A DNA stretch of 64,000 nt. Source: Candidatus Woesearchaeota archaeon (GTDB taxonomy: Archaea > Nanobdellota > Nanobdellia > Pacearchaeales > GW2011-AR1). Below, in pieces: positions 18,919-28,366 of the stretch. The notes under the pieces are model-generated. The model saw only the letters and a list, made by a program, of their open reading frames with translations, did not search any database and had not been told where the DNA came from. The position numbers and the translations under genes are program-made. Position 1 is the stretch's first letter, and every line of letters starts with the position of its first letter. The stretch covers positions 53,210 through 117,209 of the forward strand of contig CAZRUG010000001.1 of NCBI GenBank assembly GCA_964603295.1, given 5' to 3'.

Positions 18919-20673
18919 ATGCCTCAAAGAAAAAAAGAGAGCGAATACCCAAATTTGCAATTCATTAAAGACTTGTGGGGATTTTTTGCAAAAAATAAAG
19001 GAAAGTTCATATTTTTTACAATTCTATTGGGAATTGCAAGCACACAGGCATTAATTGTACCAATTATTATTGCAAAGATAGTAGATTTTTTTATCCAGGA
19101 GCAACAAAACTTATCAATTTTTTATATGTATTTGGGAGTTTTACTTGGGGTAAAAATTTTTACAAGTATATTAAGATTAAGGGCCAAATATAATTTAGGA
19201 GTTATTTCTGCAGAAGTTCAGAAAGAAACAAAAATTAAATCATTAAATAAATTAATGCAAGGGGATCTTGTTTGGCATGAAAAAGAATTAGTTGGAGGAA
19301 AGATTCAAAGAATTTCTGAGGGAGTAAATTCAATTAAAAATTTTGTAAAAAGATGGAATAACCAGGGAGTAAATTTGATTGTTAATTTAATTGGTATCCT
19401 TTCTGTTTTTGCATACTTTAATATCAAATATGCTTTATTAGCATTATTATTTATGGTTGTTTATTTATTTGCCGAATTTACATTTAATAAAAAAATATCT
19501 TCTAAGACATTGAAAGTCAATCTTGCTGGAGAAGTAGCTTCGGGCAAAGCATATGAAATCTCTTCAAATATTGTCACAGTAAAATCATTAGGGATTGAAG
19601 ATTCATCAAAGAGAGAAATTCTTCAAAATGAACAAGAGGTCTTTAATGCAAAAATATCTAAAAGTAGATTAAATAATCTAAAGTGGATAGTTCTCCACAC
19701 AATTGCAGCAACATTTTACGCACTTTTCATATTAACTGTTGGAAAAGATATTCTTGCAGGAGAATTAAGTGCAGGTGTTATTGTTATTTATATTAGTTAT
19801 CTTTCACAATTACAAGGAATGTTATTTATAATATCAAGTGAATCCGAAAACCTAATTGATATTAAATATGGAATTTATAGATTAATGGAAATTTATAATT
19901 TAATTCCAGATATTAAGGAAGATGGGGCAAAGGCCATCAGAAATTGGAATAAGATTTTTGTTAGAAATTTATCTTTTAAATACAAAGATGAAGAAGTTTT
20001 AGAAAATTTTAATCTAGAAATAAAAAAAGGAGATAAAATTGGAATTGTTGGAATTTCTGGAAGTGGAAAATCAACATTCTTTAAATTGCTATTAAAATTA
20101 TATCTGCCTGTCAAAGGAATGATTTATTTTGATAAAAGGCCTATTGATCAGATAAAAAAGAATTCTTTATTGAAGAAGATTTCAATTGTCCCCCAAGAAA
20201 CTGAATTATTTAATCTTTCTTTGAGAGAGAATATTTTGATTGCAAAAGGGGGAAAATTTGATAAAAAAGATTATCAAAAAGCAATTAAAATTAGTCAAGT
20301 AGATAAGATAATAAGAAAGCTTGAAAAAGGAGAAGATTCATTGCTTGGAGAAAAAGGTATAAAGTTATCTGGGGGAGAACGTCAAAGATTAGGTATTGCT
20401 AGAGCAATATATAAGAATTCAGATATTATTATTTTTGATGAAGCAACCTCTAATCTAGATTATGTTGTTGAGAGGAAGATACAAGAGTCTTTAGATAAAT
20501 TATCCAATAAAACAATTATTGTCGCAGCCCATCGTTTATCCACATTAAGAAATATGGACAAGATTTTGGTGATGAAAAAAGGAAAGATTATTGAAAATGG
20601 AACTTATGAAGATTTGATAAAAAAGAAAGGAGAATTCTATCATATTTGGAAAAAACAAGGTGGAAAAAGATAG
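18919..20673 (+). CDS. ABC exporter (fused TMD + NBD)
   Basis: About 6 TMs, GISGSGKST, LSGGERQR, FDEATS, AHRL. Confidence 0.93.
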   Translation: MPQRKKESEYPNLQFIKDLWGFFAKNKGKFIFFTILLGIASTQALIVPIIIAKIVDFFIQEQQNLSIFYMYLGVLLGVKIFTSILRLRAKYNLGVISAEVQKETKIKSLNKLMQGDLVWHEKELVGGKIQRISEGVNSIKNFVKRWNNQGVNLIVNLIGILSVFAYFNIKYALLALLFMVVYLFAEFTFNKKISSKTLKVNLAGEVASGKAYEISSNIVTVKSLGIEDSSKREILQNEQEVFNAKISKSRLNNLKWIVLHTIAATFYALFILTVGKDILAGELSAGVIVIYISYLSQLQGMLFIISSESENLIDIKYGIYRLMEIYNLIPDIKEDGAKAIRNWNKIFVRNLSFKYKDEEVLENFNLEIKKGDKIGIVGISGSGKSTFFKLLLKLYLPVKGMIYFDKRPIDQIKKNSLLKKISIVPQETELFNLSLRENILIAKGGKFDKKDYQKAIKISQVDKIIRKLEKGEDSLLGEKGIKLSGGERQRLGIARAIYKNSDIIIFDEATSNLDYVVERKIQESLDKLSNKTIIVAAHRLSTLRNMDKILVMKKGKIIENGTYEDLIKKKGEFYHIWKKQGGKR

Positions 20674-20726
20674 CCCATCACAATCATCTTTAAATACTTC
20701 TACTAAATTTTACTGGTATCAAATAG

Positions 20727-22796
20727 GTGCATGAAAAAATGAAACTAAAAAAAATATCAATTGAAAATATTAGAAGCTATAAGGCCCAAGAAATTGAATT
20801 CCCAGAAGGAGCAACTCTTTTATCAGGAGATATTGGGGCTGGAAAAACAACAATTCTTTTAGCAATTGAATTTGCATTATTTGGATTGCAACCTGGACAA
20901 AGAGGAACATCTTTATTAAAAAATGGAAAAGATAATGCAAAAGTTTTGCTTGAATTTGAAGTTGATGGAAATCAAATAATTATTGAAAGAAGTTTAAAAC
21001 GAGGAAAATCTATTTCACAAGATTCAGCAGCAATAACAATAAATGGAGAAAAACAAGAACTTGCTGTAACAGAATTAAAAAGCCGTGTTTTAGATTTACT
21101 TGATTATCCAAAAGAGTTTGCAAAAAAACAAAATCTTTTATATAAATTCACTGTTTATACTCCTCAAGAAGAAATGAAACAAATAATTTTGCAAGATTCT
21201 GAAACAAGAATAAATACTTTAAGACATGTTTTTGGGATTGATAAATATAAAAAAATATTAGAAAACATCTCAGTTGTAACTTCAAAAATCAGAGAAGAAA
21301 AAAGACTCAAAGAAGGGATTACATTAAACATTGAACAAGACAAACTTTTAGTTGTTTCTAAGGAAGAAGAACTTGAAGAAAAACAATACAATTTAAAATC
21401 AACAGAAAAAGAATTATTTGAATCAACAGAAAAAAGAAAAAAAATCCAAGAAGAAAAACAAGAGATTAATGAAAAGATTGAAGAGAAAAATAAACTTGAA
21501 AAAGAAATTGATAAAACAAAATTAATGATTTCAAATAAAAACGAATTACTTTTTGGAAATAAAAAGAAAATAGAACAAATAAATCTACAAATAAATGAAT
21601 TAAATGAAATAAAATTTGATGAAAAAGATATAGCTACAATCCAAGAATACATAAATGAATTAAAAAAAGAAAAAGAAAAACTTGATTCAGAAAATCTTAC
21701 AATTAGTTCTGAGATTACTTCTTTAAATTATAAAAATAAAGAAAATGATTCTATTAAAGAAAAATTAAAAGTTATTGAAGTTTGCCCAACTTGCCTGCAA
21801 GATGTTAATGAATCATATAAAAATAATGTAATAAATAAGATGGATTCAAATATTTCTACAAATACTTCAAAGATAAATAAACTTAATAAAAGAAAACAAG
21901 AAATCTTAGATAGAAATCAAGAAATTTCCCGAGAAATTTTAATGAAAGAAGAACAAGTCCAAGATTTAAATATTTTAAAGATAAAACTCCAAGGAATTAA
22001 AGAAAAACAAGAAAGCATTTTGGAAATTGAACAATCAAATAATCAACTTAATCAAGATATAGATTTTTTAAATTCTCATTTAAACACATTAAAAAATAAT
22101 GTTCTTGAATTAAATAAATATCAATCAATTTTTGAAGAAAAACAAATGCAATTAGAACAAGCATTGAATAATGAAAAACAAATTGAAATTAGGGTGGCTG
22201 AGTTAAGAAAAGAAATTTATATGATTGAAAAATCAATTCAAGAATTGCAAGAGAAAATTGCAAAAGCAGAAGAAGTAAGGCAACAAGCTGCTTATCTTTC
22301 TGAACTTGAAAATTGGTTAACAAAAAAGTTTATTCCATTAGTTTCGCATACTGAAAAAAATGTTATGATTAAATTAAAAGCAGAGTTTTCCAAATTATTC
22401 AAACAGTGGTTTAGTATGTTAGTATCAGATAATTTTGAAGTTAGGTTAGACGATGATTTTACTCCAATAATTGAACAACAAGATTATGAAATTGATTATG
22501 TTTATCTTTCAGGAGGAGAAAGAACTGCAATTGCTCTTGCATATAGGTTAGCATTAAATCAAGTAATCAACTCTTTATTAAGTAAAATTAAAACAAAAGA
22601 TTTAGTAATCCTCGACGAGCCAACAGATGGTTTTTCAGAAGCACAATTAGATAAAATGCGAGATGTTTTACAAGAACTAAATGTTTCTCAATTAATCATT
22701 GTTAGTCATGAAAGAAAAATAGAAGATTTTGTTGAAAATGTTATTAAATTAAAAAAAGACAAGGGAATTAGTAATGCTGAAATAATTAAGGATTAA
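20727..22796 (+). CDS. rad50: Rad50/SbcC-like SMC ATPase
   Basis: GDIGAGKTT, coiled coil with CPTC zinc hook, LSGGE, LDEPT, SH. Confidence 0.9.
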   Translation: MHEKMKLKKISIENIRSYKAQEIEFPEGATLLSGDIGAGKTTILLAIEFALFGLQPGQRGTSLLKNGKDNAKVLLEFEVDGNQIIIERSLKRGKSISQDSAAITINGEKQELAVTELKSRVLDLLDYPKEFAKKQNLLYKFTVYTPQEEMKQIILQDSETRINTLRHVFGIDKYKKILENISVVTSKIREEKRLKEGITLNIEQDKLLVVSKEEELEEKQYNLKSTEKELFESTEKRKKIQEEKQEINEKIEEKNKLEKEIDKTKLMISNKNELLFGNKKKIEQINLQINELNEIKFDEKDIATIQEYINELKKEKEKLDSENLTISSEITSLNYKNKENDSIKEKLKVIEVCPTCLQDVNESYKNNVINKMDSNISTNTSKINKLNKRKQEILDRNQEISREILMKEEQVQDLNILKIKLQGIKEKQESILEIEQSNNQLNQDIDFLNSHLNTLKNNVLELNKYQSIFEEKQMQLEQALNNEKQIEIRVAELRKEIYMIEKSIQELQEKIAKAEEVRQQAAYLSELENWLTKKFIPLVSHTEKNVMIKLKAEFSKLFKQWFSMLVSDNFEVRLDDDFTPIIEQQDYEIDYVYLSGGERTAIALAYRLALNQVINSLLSKIKTKDLVILDEPTDGFSEAQLDKMRDVLQELNVSQLIIVSHERKIEDFVENVIKLKKDKGISNAEIIKD

Positions 22797-23274
22797 ATTC
22801 TTCTCCTCTCGCTAGTGCTTTATGTTCATCTATTTTTTGATCACTCATTATAGTCGCGACATAAAGAAAAAGAAAACTTGTCACTCCCAAGGCTATCTGA
22901 TGGCCATGAAATTCATTTGTTGTTCCAGATAAATAATTCATTAATTTCTGATATACAATTGAAGAAGTTCCTGCAACTGCCAAAGTGTGTGTTCCAATAA
23001 GAAGTTTATCTCTTTTATTTCTATATTCTTCTGCAAGAGTATTATGAACAATTTCTCTATTTGTTGATCCCTCAATCAATCCTTTTTCTTCCAGGTTTCT
23101 AATATAATTATCTGTTGGTGTAATGACGTATTTTGTTGCTCCAACTAAATTTTTCACTCTATTTGAACTTCAACTTGGAAAATTTTTAATACCTTTTTTT
23201 AATGTTGGAATATCTTTATCAAAACAATTTGTATTCTGTGCCTCCTCTTGGCGAGCAATATTTTCAAGAAGCAT
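22786..23274 (-). pseudogene. Membrane-protein paralog of 23282-23698 with an in-frame TGA at 23170-23172
   Basis: ATG at 23274 (MLLENI vs MPLENT); the TGA aligns with Trp of the paralog. Confidence 0.65.
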
Positions 23275-23281
23275 ATTTTCT

Positions 23282-23698
23282 TTATTCTGCCTGAGCTCTG
23301 TGCTGCTCTGTTTTAATTGCATTTGAAAGTGTCAAAGCACCTGAAACTAATAATCCTGTCATAAAAGCACCAATTCCAAGACCACTAAAATTATCTCTTC
23401 CCAAAGAACTATTAATTAAATGCGCAGTAACACCTCCTGTAAAAAGAGTATAACCTGCAATAAAATAAGTGTCTCTTGCTTTTTCATAAGCATGAACTAA
23501 TGTGTTATTAGATACTTTTCTGGCTGAATATCCTAAATTACCTTCTTTTTCTTTTATATAGTCACTTGTAGGAATAGCTAAATAATGAACACTCTCCCCA
23601 AGATTTTTTGCTCTTTGTTTAAACCAATCTTTCAAACAATTTGCAATAGAAGTCTCTGAGTTATCCGATCTATCTTGAATTGTGTTTTCAAGAGGCAT
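23282..23698 (-). CDS. Hypothetical two-TM membrane protein
   Basis: Two hydrophobic segments; aligns with the downstream paralog. Confidence 0.7.
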   Translation of the reverse strand: MPLENTIQDRSDNSETSIANCLKDWFKQRAKNLGESVHYLAIPTSDYIKEKEGNLGYSARKVSNNTLVHAYEKARDTYFIAGYTLFTGGVTAHLINSSLGRDNFSGLGIGAFMTGLLVSGALTLSNAIKTEQHRAQAE

Positions 23699-23750
23699 AA
23701 AAAAATAAAGCCATTATTTTTTATAAACTTTTTGATGTTCCATAATATAT

Positions 23751-24986
23751 TTAATAAACACTCAAAACATCTGCAACTTCATTAATTCTATTAAAACAAA
23801 GAATATTATTATCTTTGAAAATATTTTTAGCAGATTTCATTGATTTTTCTCCTAGAAAACACGCAACAACAGTTTTGTTTTTCGCAAATTTAATAATCTC
23901 TTTAGCAGTTTGCTCTGGTTGAGACATTGCCTGCGGAGTTAAAATAACAATCAAAGAATCATAATTATTCTTTAAATTTTTTAGTGCTTTTTTGTAATCT
24001 CCTGCATTTGCATCTCCTAAAATATCAAGTGGTTTTCCAATAATCTCCAAACCTCTTTTTACACAAGCATCAGACATTAAAGCACCAGCTCCACCAGCAT
24101 TTGTAATAATTTTAATTTTTCTATCTTTAGGAATTTTATTTAACTTAATATAATTAAATGCACTAAAAATTGAAGAAGCAATTTTAACCTTGCACTGCCT
24201 AAACACACCTCTGTAAATATCATATTCAGTTGCTAAACTTCCAGTATGACTAAATGCAGCTTTAGAACCCTCCTCAGTTTTACCTGCCTTAATAACAATA
24301 ATTTCTTTTTTTGATTTTTTACAAACCTCAATAAACTTTTTACCTTGCTTAACTTTCTCAACATAAAGAACAATCTTTTTTGTGTTGCTATCTTTTTCAA
24401 AATATTCAAGCCATTCATTAAATTCTAAATCAGCCATATTTCCCAAACTAACAAAACCAGACAATTTTGAATCTTCTTTGTCAAAAACATAACTTGCTAA
24501 AGCACCACTTTGACTAATAAAAGCTGTGTCGCCTTTTTCAATAAAACAATTTGCAAAAGTTGTATCTAAATCTAAATAAGGATTTGCAATACCAAAACAG
24601 TTTGGACCTAATAAATTAATTTCATTTTTTCTTGCAATTTCAACTAATTCTTGTTCTTCTTTTTTATTGCCAGATTCAGAAAAACCAGCTGAAATCACAA
24701 TAACATTTTTAACTTTTTTTTCAACACATTCATTTAAAACTTCTTTAACAAACTTTGAAGGAATAGCAATAACAACCAAATCAATTTGATTTTCATAATC
24801 TAAAATACTTTTGTAAACTTTTTTATTAAAGATGGTTCCATCCTTGATATTAATTGGAATAATTTTCCCCCTGAACTTTTCTAATTTTTTCATTAAAATT
24901 CCTCCAACCTTGTTTTTATTTGAAGAAGCACCAACTACTGCAATTGATTTTGGATTAAAGAATTTTGATAAGTCACGACTTTTCAT
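23751..24986 (-). CDS. acdA: Acetate--CoA ligase (ADP-forming) alpha subunit
   Basis: IAVVGAS, GPNCFG, SQSG, SHTGSL phospho-His, TNAGG. Confidence 0.9.
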   Translation of the reverse strand: MKSRDLSKFFNPKSIAVVGASSNKNKVGGILMKKLEKFRGKIIPINIKDGTIFNKKVYKSILDYENQIDLVVIAIPSKFVKEVLNECVEKKVKNVIVISAGFSESGNKKEEQELVEIARKNEINLLGPNCFGIANPYLDLDTTFANCFIEKGDTAFISQSGALASYVFDKEDSKLSGFVSLGNMADLEFNEWLEYFEKDSNTKKIVLYVEKVKQGKKFIEVCKKSKKEIIVIKAGKTEEGSKAAFSHTGSLATEYDIYRGVFRQCKVKIASSIFSAFNYIKLNKIPKDRKIKIITNAGGAGALMSDACVKRGLEIIGKPLDILGDANAGDYKKALKNLKNNYDSLIVILTPQAMSQPEQTAKEIIKFAKNKTVVACFLGEKSMKSAKNIFKDNNILCFNRINEVADVLSVY

Positions 24987-25032
24987 AATATATAAAGAAA
25001 AGAATTAAATATAAATGTTTCTTGTTTTTTAC

Positions 25033-25641
25033 ATGAAGTCATTAACAGAAAAAAGTGCATCAAGTTTTCTTAAAGAGCAAGGTTTTGATATAAATGAATT
25101 TATATTTGTTAATAATAAAAAAGATTTAGAATCTGCATTAGAGAAAGTTGGTTATCCTTGTGTAATGAAAGTTTCAAGTTCAAAAATTGTGCACAAGAAT
25201 AAAGTTGGTGGTGTGAAGTTAGATATTGGAAATTTCAAAGAAGCATTGCAGACATTTAATAAATTAATGAACATTAAAAATGCAGAGGGTGTTTTAATTC
25301 AAAAGCAAATTCCTGGAAAATGGTATCTACTTGGTATTAAGAAAACTCCTGAATTTGGGCATGCAATTGTTTTTGGAGCAGGAGGTATTTACACTGAACA
25401 AATCAAAGACACTTCATTTAGAATTACTCCTTTAACTAAGAAAGATTGCATTTCAATGATTAATGAAACAAATATTGGAAATAAATTAAATAAAAAAGAA
25501 AAAAAGATAGTTATTGATAACTTATTAAAACTCTCAAAGTTAACAAAAGATTTTCCAGATATTCAAGAACTTGATATAAATCCATTAATGATTTACAAGA
25601 ACAAAGGTTTGATAATTGATTCTAGGATTGTTTTTACCTAG
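25033..25641 (+). CDS. acdB: Acetate--CoA ligase (ADP-forming) beta subunit (ATP-grasp)
   Basis: YPCVMK...IVHK..VGGV, FG.GG..E, ELDINP, DSR. Confidence 0.88.
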   Translation: MKSLTEKSASSFLKEQGFDINEFIFVNNKKDLESALEKVGYPCVMKVSSSKIVHKNKVGGVKLDIGNFKEALQTFNKLMNIKNAEGVLIQKQIPGKWYLLGIKKTPEFGHAIVFGAGGIYTEQIKDTSFRITPLTKKDCISMINETNIGNKLNKKEKKIVIDNLLKLSKLTKDFPDIQELDINPLMIYKNKGLIIDSRIVFT

Positions 25642-25711
25642 GTGTTATAACAATCTTTAAAAACCCACATTTCGATTTCATCTTGTTTTAAATTAATCTA
25701 AAGGAGGATAA

Positions 25712-26320
25712 ATGAAAAAAACAAATTTTTTGCTAATGGCAATTATTTTATTAAGCATAGCTTCGCTTTTAGGAAGTTTTGTAGTAGCATTTAAAGACAA
25801 TTCTATTACTGGAAATGTTATTGAAGATCCCTTAAATAATTTAACAAAAGAAATAAATAATTCTCTTATTGATTTTTCTCAATTACAAAAAACAGAATCT
25901 CAGATCAAAGAACTTTTAAGAAATAAACAAGACTCTTATCAAGAATTATCTAATTTAATGTATGGGCTTGGAGATGTTTTTGGAACAGCATATCCCGAAT
26001 CAGAATTTAAACCCTATTTTTATAATGAAGCACAAAAACTTTCAATTAGATCACAACAAACTCAATATACTCAAGAAGATCTTGAAAATAGTTTAGCTGA
26101 ATTAAAAAAAATGCAAAAACAATTAGAAGAAGTTAATAATGAATTAAATAAAATACATTTTGAAATAAAAGAAAACAAAAAACAAGAATCTGCTATTTCT
26201 CCAATAACTTATTTTCTTATTGCAATTAATTTTCTTGTTTTAATAATCTCAATTGTTTTAGCAAAAGACCAGATTGTTAATGTAAATATTTTTCATACAT
26301 TAGACAAAAATAAAAGTTAA
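25712..26320 (+). CDS. Hypothetical membrane coiled-coil protein
   Basis: N- and C-terminal TM, ITGNVI motif, GGAGG SD upstream. Confidence 0.75.
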   Translation: MKKTNFLLMAIILLSIASLLGSFVVAFKDNSITGNVIEDPLNNLTKEINNSLIDFSQLQKTESQIKELLRNKQDSYQELSNLMYGLGDVFGTAYPESEFKPYFYNEAQKLSIRSQQTQYTQEDLENSLAELKKMQKQLEEVNNELNKIHFEIKENKKQESAISPITYFLIAINFLVLIISIVLAKDQIVNVNIFHTLDKNKS

Positions 26321-26338
26321 AAAAATAAAAAAGTTTAA

Positions 26339-26545
26339 TTAGTTGCTGGTTGCTTCACCAACATCATTAAGGAATTCTTGTGCTTGGCCAACTAAGTTCT
26401 TGCTCCATTTCCAACATAATCCATCTCCAATTCCCACATCACAATTAATACCTGGATCATCAGAAACAATTCCTCCAACAATTCCCCAGGTTCCAAGAAT
26501 TGCAATTAAAATAACTGCAATAATTAACATTGTTTTAATTTTCAT
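26339..26545 (-). CDS. Small secreted/membrane protein
   Basis: Hydrophobic N-terminus, C-x7-C pair. Confidence 0.6.
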   Translation of the reverse strand: MKIKTMLIIAVILIAILGTWGIVGGIVSDDPGINCDVGIGDGLCWKWSKNLVGQAQEFLNDVGEATSN

Positions 26546-26737
26546 AAAATAATTACTCAATAGATGTTTTTAATTGTTTTGGGCTTTTTAGAAATATGGA
26601 AATTTATTCAACACCCTATGCAAAGCAACTGTGTTGGCGAGCATAGTGATAGAGCATTGAAAATTTTCACGCACTTTGCAAAGTTTAATTTGCAACCGCA
26701 ACAAAGTGAGGACTATGGGGTTAAAATCTTTGATTTT

Positions 26738-26760
26738 GACGCCCCGACCGAGATTCGAAC
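26738..26760. repeat. att-like 23-bp direct repeat of the tRNA-Glu 3' end
   Basis: gacgccccgaccgagattcgaac at 26738 and 37609. Confidence 0.92.
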
Positions 26761-26811
26761 CCTCGTCTTGCGAGCCACAGTCACACGTTCTACAATTAAA
26801 TTACCATCGCC
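26740..26811 (-). pseudogene. Chimeric pseudo-tRNA: His(GTG) 5' part fused to the Glu 3' end
   Basis: Anticodon arm TGTGA-CTGTGGC-TCGCA and GGTTCGAAT T-loop are present, but the acceptor and T stems cannot pair and the D-loop GG is lost. Confidence 0.8.
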
Positions 26812-26907
26812 ATTATGAGATTTATATTAAGTCTAAAGTTTAAAAGTTTTCTTTAATTTACAGAGATACCCCACAACATTTAAATACTCTTTTGACTTTT
26901 TTAAAAA

Positions 26908-27093
26908 ATGATAGTTAAAACAGATAAAGCTTCCAACTGCATTGATTTCAGTTGCACGAGAATAAATCGTGAAGCTTCTTGTCGGCATAATTCGAAATAA
27001 TAGTATATTCAATTCGAAGAAATATCTTGGTATCTTTAATCAGATAAATTTAAAAAACAATTTAATCTGGCTTAAACGTTTTTGGAGGTTTAA
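26908..27093 (+). promoter_or_regulatory. Structured 5' leader with a 30-aa uORF upstream of hisI
   Basis: TTTAAATA box near 26879; three-way junction at 26923-26983; further hairpins; GGAGG SD before hisI. Confidence 0.5.
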
Positions 27094-27486
27094 ATGAAAT
27101 TAGCATTTGATAAACTAGGGGGCTTAATTCCTGTTGTAACCCAAGATTTCCGGACAAACGAAGTTTTAATGGTCGGTTTTATGAACCAAAATGCGTTTGA
27201 AGAAACTTTAAAAACATTACAAGCAACATATTGGAGTAGAAGTAAAAATCGCCTTTGGAAAAAAGGAGAAACTTCAGGTAATGTCCAGGAAGTAAAACAA
27301 ATATTAATTGATTGCGATAACGACACACTTTTGTTAAAGGTGCACCAAATAGGTGGTGCGGCGTGTCATACTGGTTATAGGTCATGTTTTTATCGAGAAA
27401 TGGATTCAAAACAAAATACAAATATAATCGGTAAAAAACTATTTATGGAGGGTGAACTTTATGGAGAAAAAAATAAGCAACACTAA
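27094..27486 (+). CDS. hisI: Phosphoribosyl-AMP cyclohydrolase
   Basis: YWSRS..LWKKGETSG, DCDND, ACHTG..SCF. Confidence 0.95.
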   Translation: MKLAFDKLGGLIPVVTQDFRTNEVLMVGFMNQNAFEETLKTLQATYWSRSKNRLWKKGETSGNVQEVKQILIDCDNDTLLLKVHQIGGAACHTGYRSCFYREMDSKQNTNIIGKKLFMEGELYGEKNKQH

Positions 27487-28366
27487 GGAAAATAAAAATA
27501 AAATTGTACTTGGCCTACCAAAAGGGAGCTTGCAAGAAGCAACAGCCAAATTGTTTGAAAAAGCTGGATTTGAGATTTCCATTCCTGAAAGGTCATATTT
27601 TCCTAGCATAAATGATCCAGAAATAGAGTGTATTTTATTAAGAGCGCAAGAGATAGCCGGATATGTAGAGGCTGGTATCCTTGATGCAGGTATAACTGGT
27701 TATGATTGGATTCAGGAAACTAGGGCAGATGTCCATGAAGTTGAAGAATTTATTTATGGTAAAAAAGGCTTTAGTGCAGTAAAGTGGATTTTAGCTGTTG
27801 CAAATGAATCTCCAATAAAATCTGTTCAGGATTTGGAAGGGAAAAGAATAGCTACAGAAACAATGAATCTTACTAAAAATTTCTTAAAAGAAAAAGGAGT
27901 AAACGCTAAGGTAGAATTCTCTTGGGGGGCAACAGAAATAAAAGCTCGTGGACTTGTTGATGCGATCGTTGATGTTACTGAAACAGGATCTTCCTTAAAA
28001 GCAAATAATTTAAGGGTAATTGATACAATCTTAGAGTCAACAACTAGATTAATTGCAAATAATGATTCTATTAAAAACGAGTGGAAAAAAAATAAAATTT
28101 ATGGTCTAGCATTGCTTCTAAAAGGGGTAATGTTAGCAGAGAAGAAGGTCTTAATGATGATGAATGTAAAAAAAGAAGATGTAGAAAATGTGACAAAAGC
28201 TCTTCCAGCACTAAACACGCCAACAATAACACAACTGACTAATCCAGATTGGTTTGATGTTATCACAGTTGTAGATAAATTAACTGCAAGAGACATAACC
28301 CCTAAACTTAAAATGCTTGGTGCAAGGGATATTTTAGAAATTCCTATTAATCGTATTATAATCTAA
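27461..28366 (+). CDS. hisG: ATP phosphoribosyltransferase, long form
   Basis: LPKGSL, GITGYD, SWGATE, DVTETGSSL..N.L, C-terminal PALNTPTI regulatory domain. Confidence 0.95.
   Translation: MEKKISNTKENKNKIVLGLPKGSLQEATAKLFEKAGFEISIPERSYFPSINDPEIECILLRAQEIAGYVEAGILDAGITGYDWIQETRADVHEVEEFIYGKKGFSAVKWILAVANESPIKSVQDLEGKRIATETMNLTKNFLKEKGVNAKVEFSWGATEIKARGLVDAIVDVTETGSSLKANNLRVIDTILESTTRLIANNDSIKNEWKKNKIYGLALLLKGVMLAEKKVLMMMNVKKEDVENVTKALPALNTPTITQLTNPDWFDVITVVDKLTARDITPKLKMLGARDILEIPINRIII

Noticed and set aside
23170..23172. Genome-wide TGA recoding
   Set aside because: TGA terminates conserved genes here (rrp41, psmA, oxidoreductase alpha) at the expected lengths.
26740..26811. Functional tRNA-His
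   Set aside because: The acceptor and T stems do not pair and the D-loop GG is altered.
26564..26818. 84-aa + strand ORF
   Set aside because: Overlaps the pseudo-tRNA and hairpin cluster and shows no protein features.
26908..27000. Classical His-codon attenuator peptide
   Set aside because: Only one His codon.
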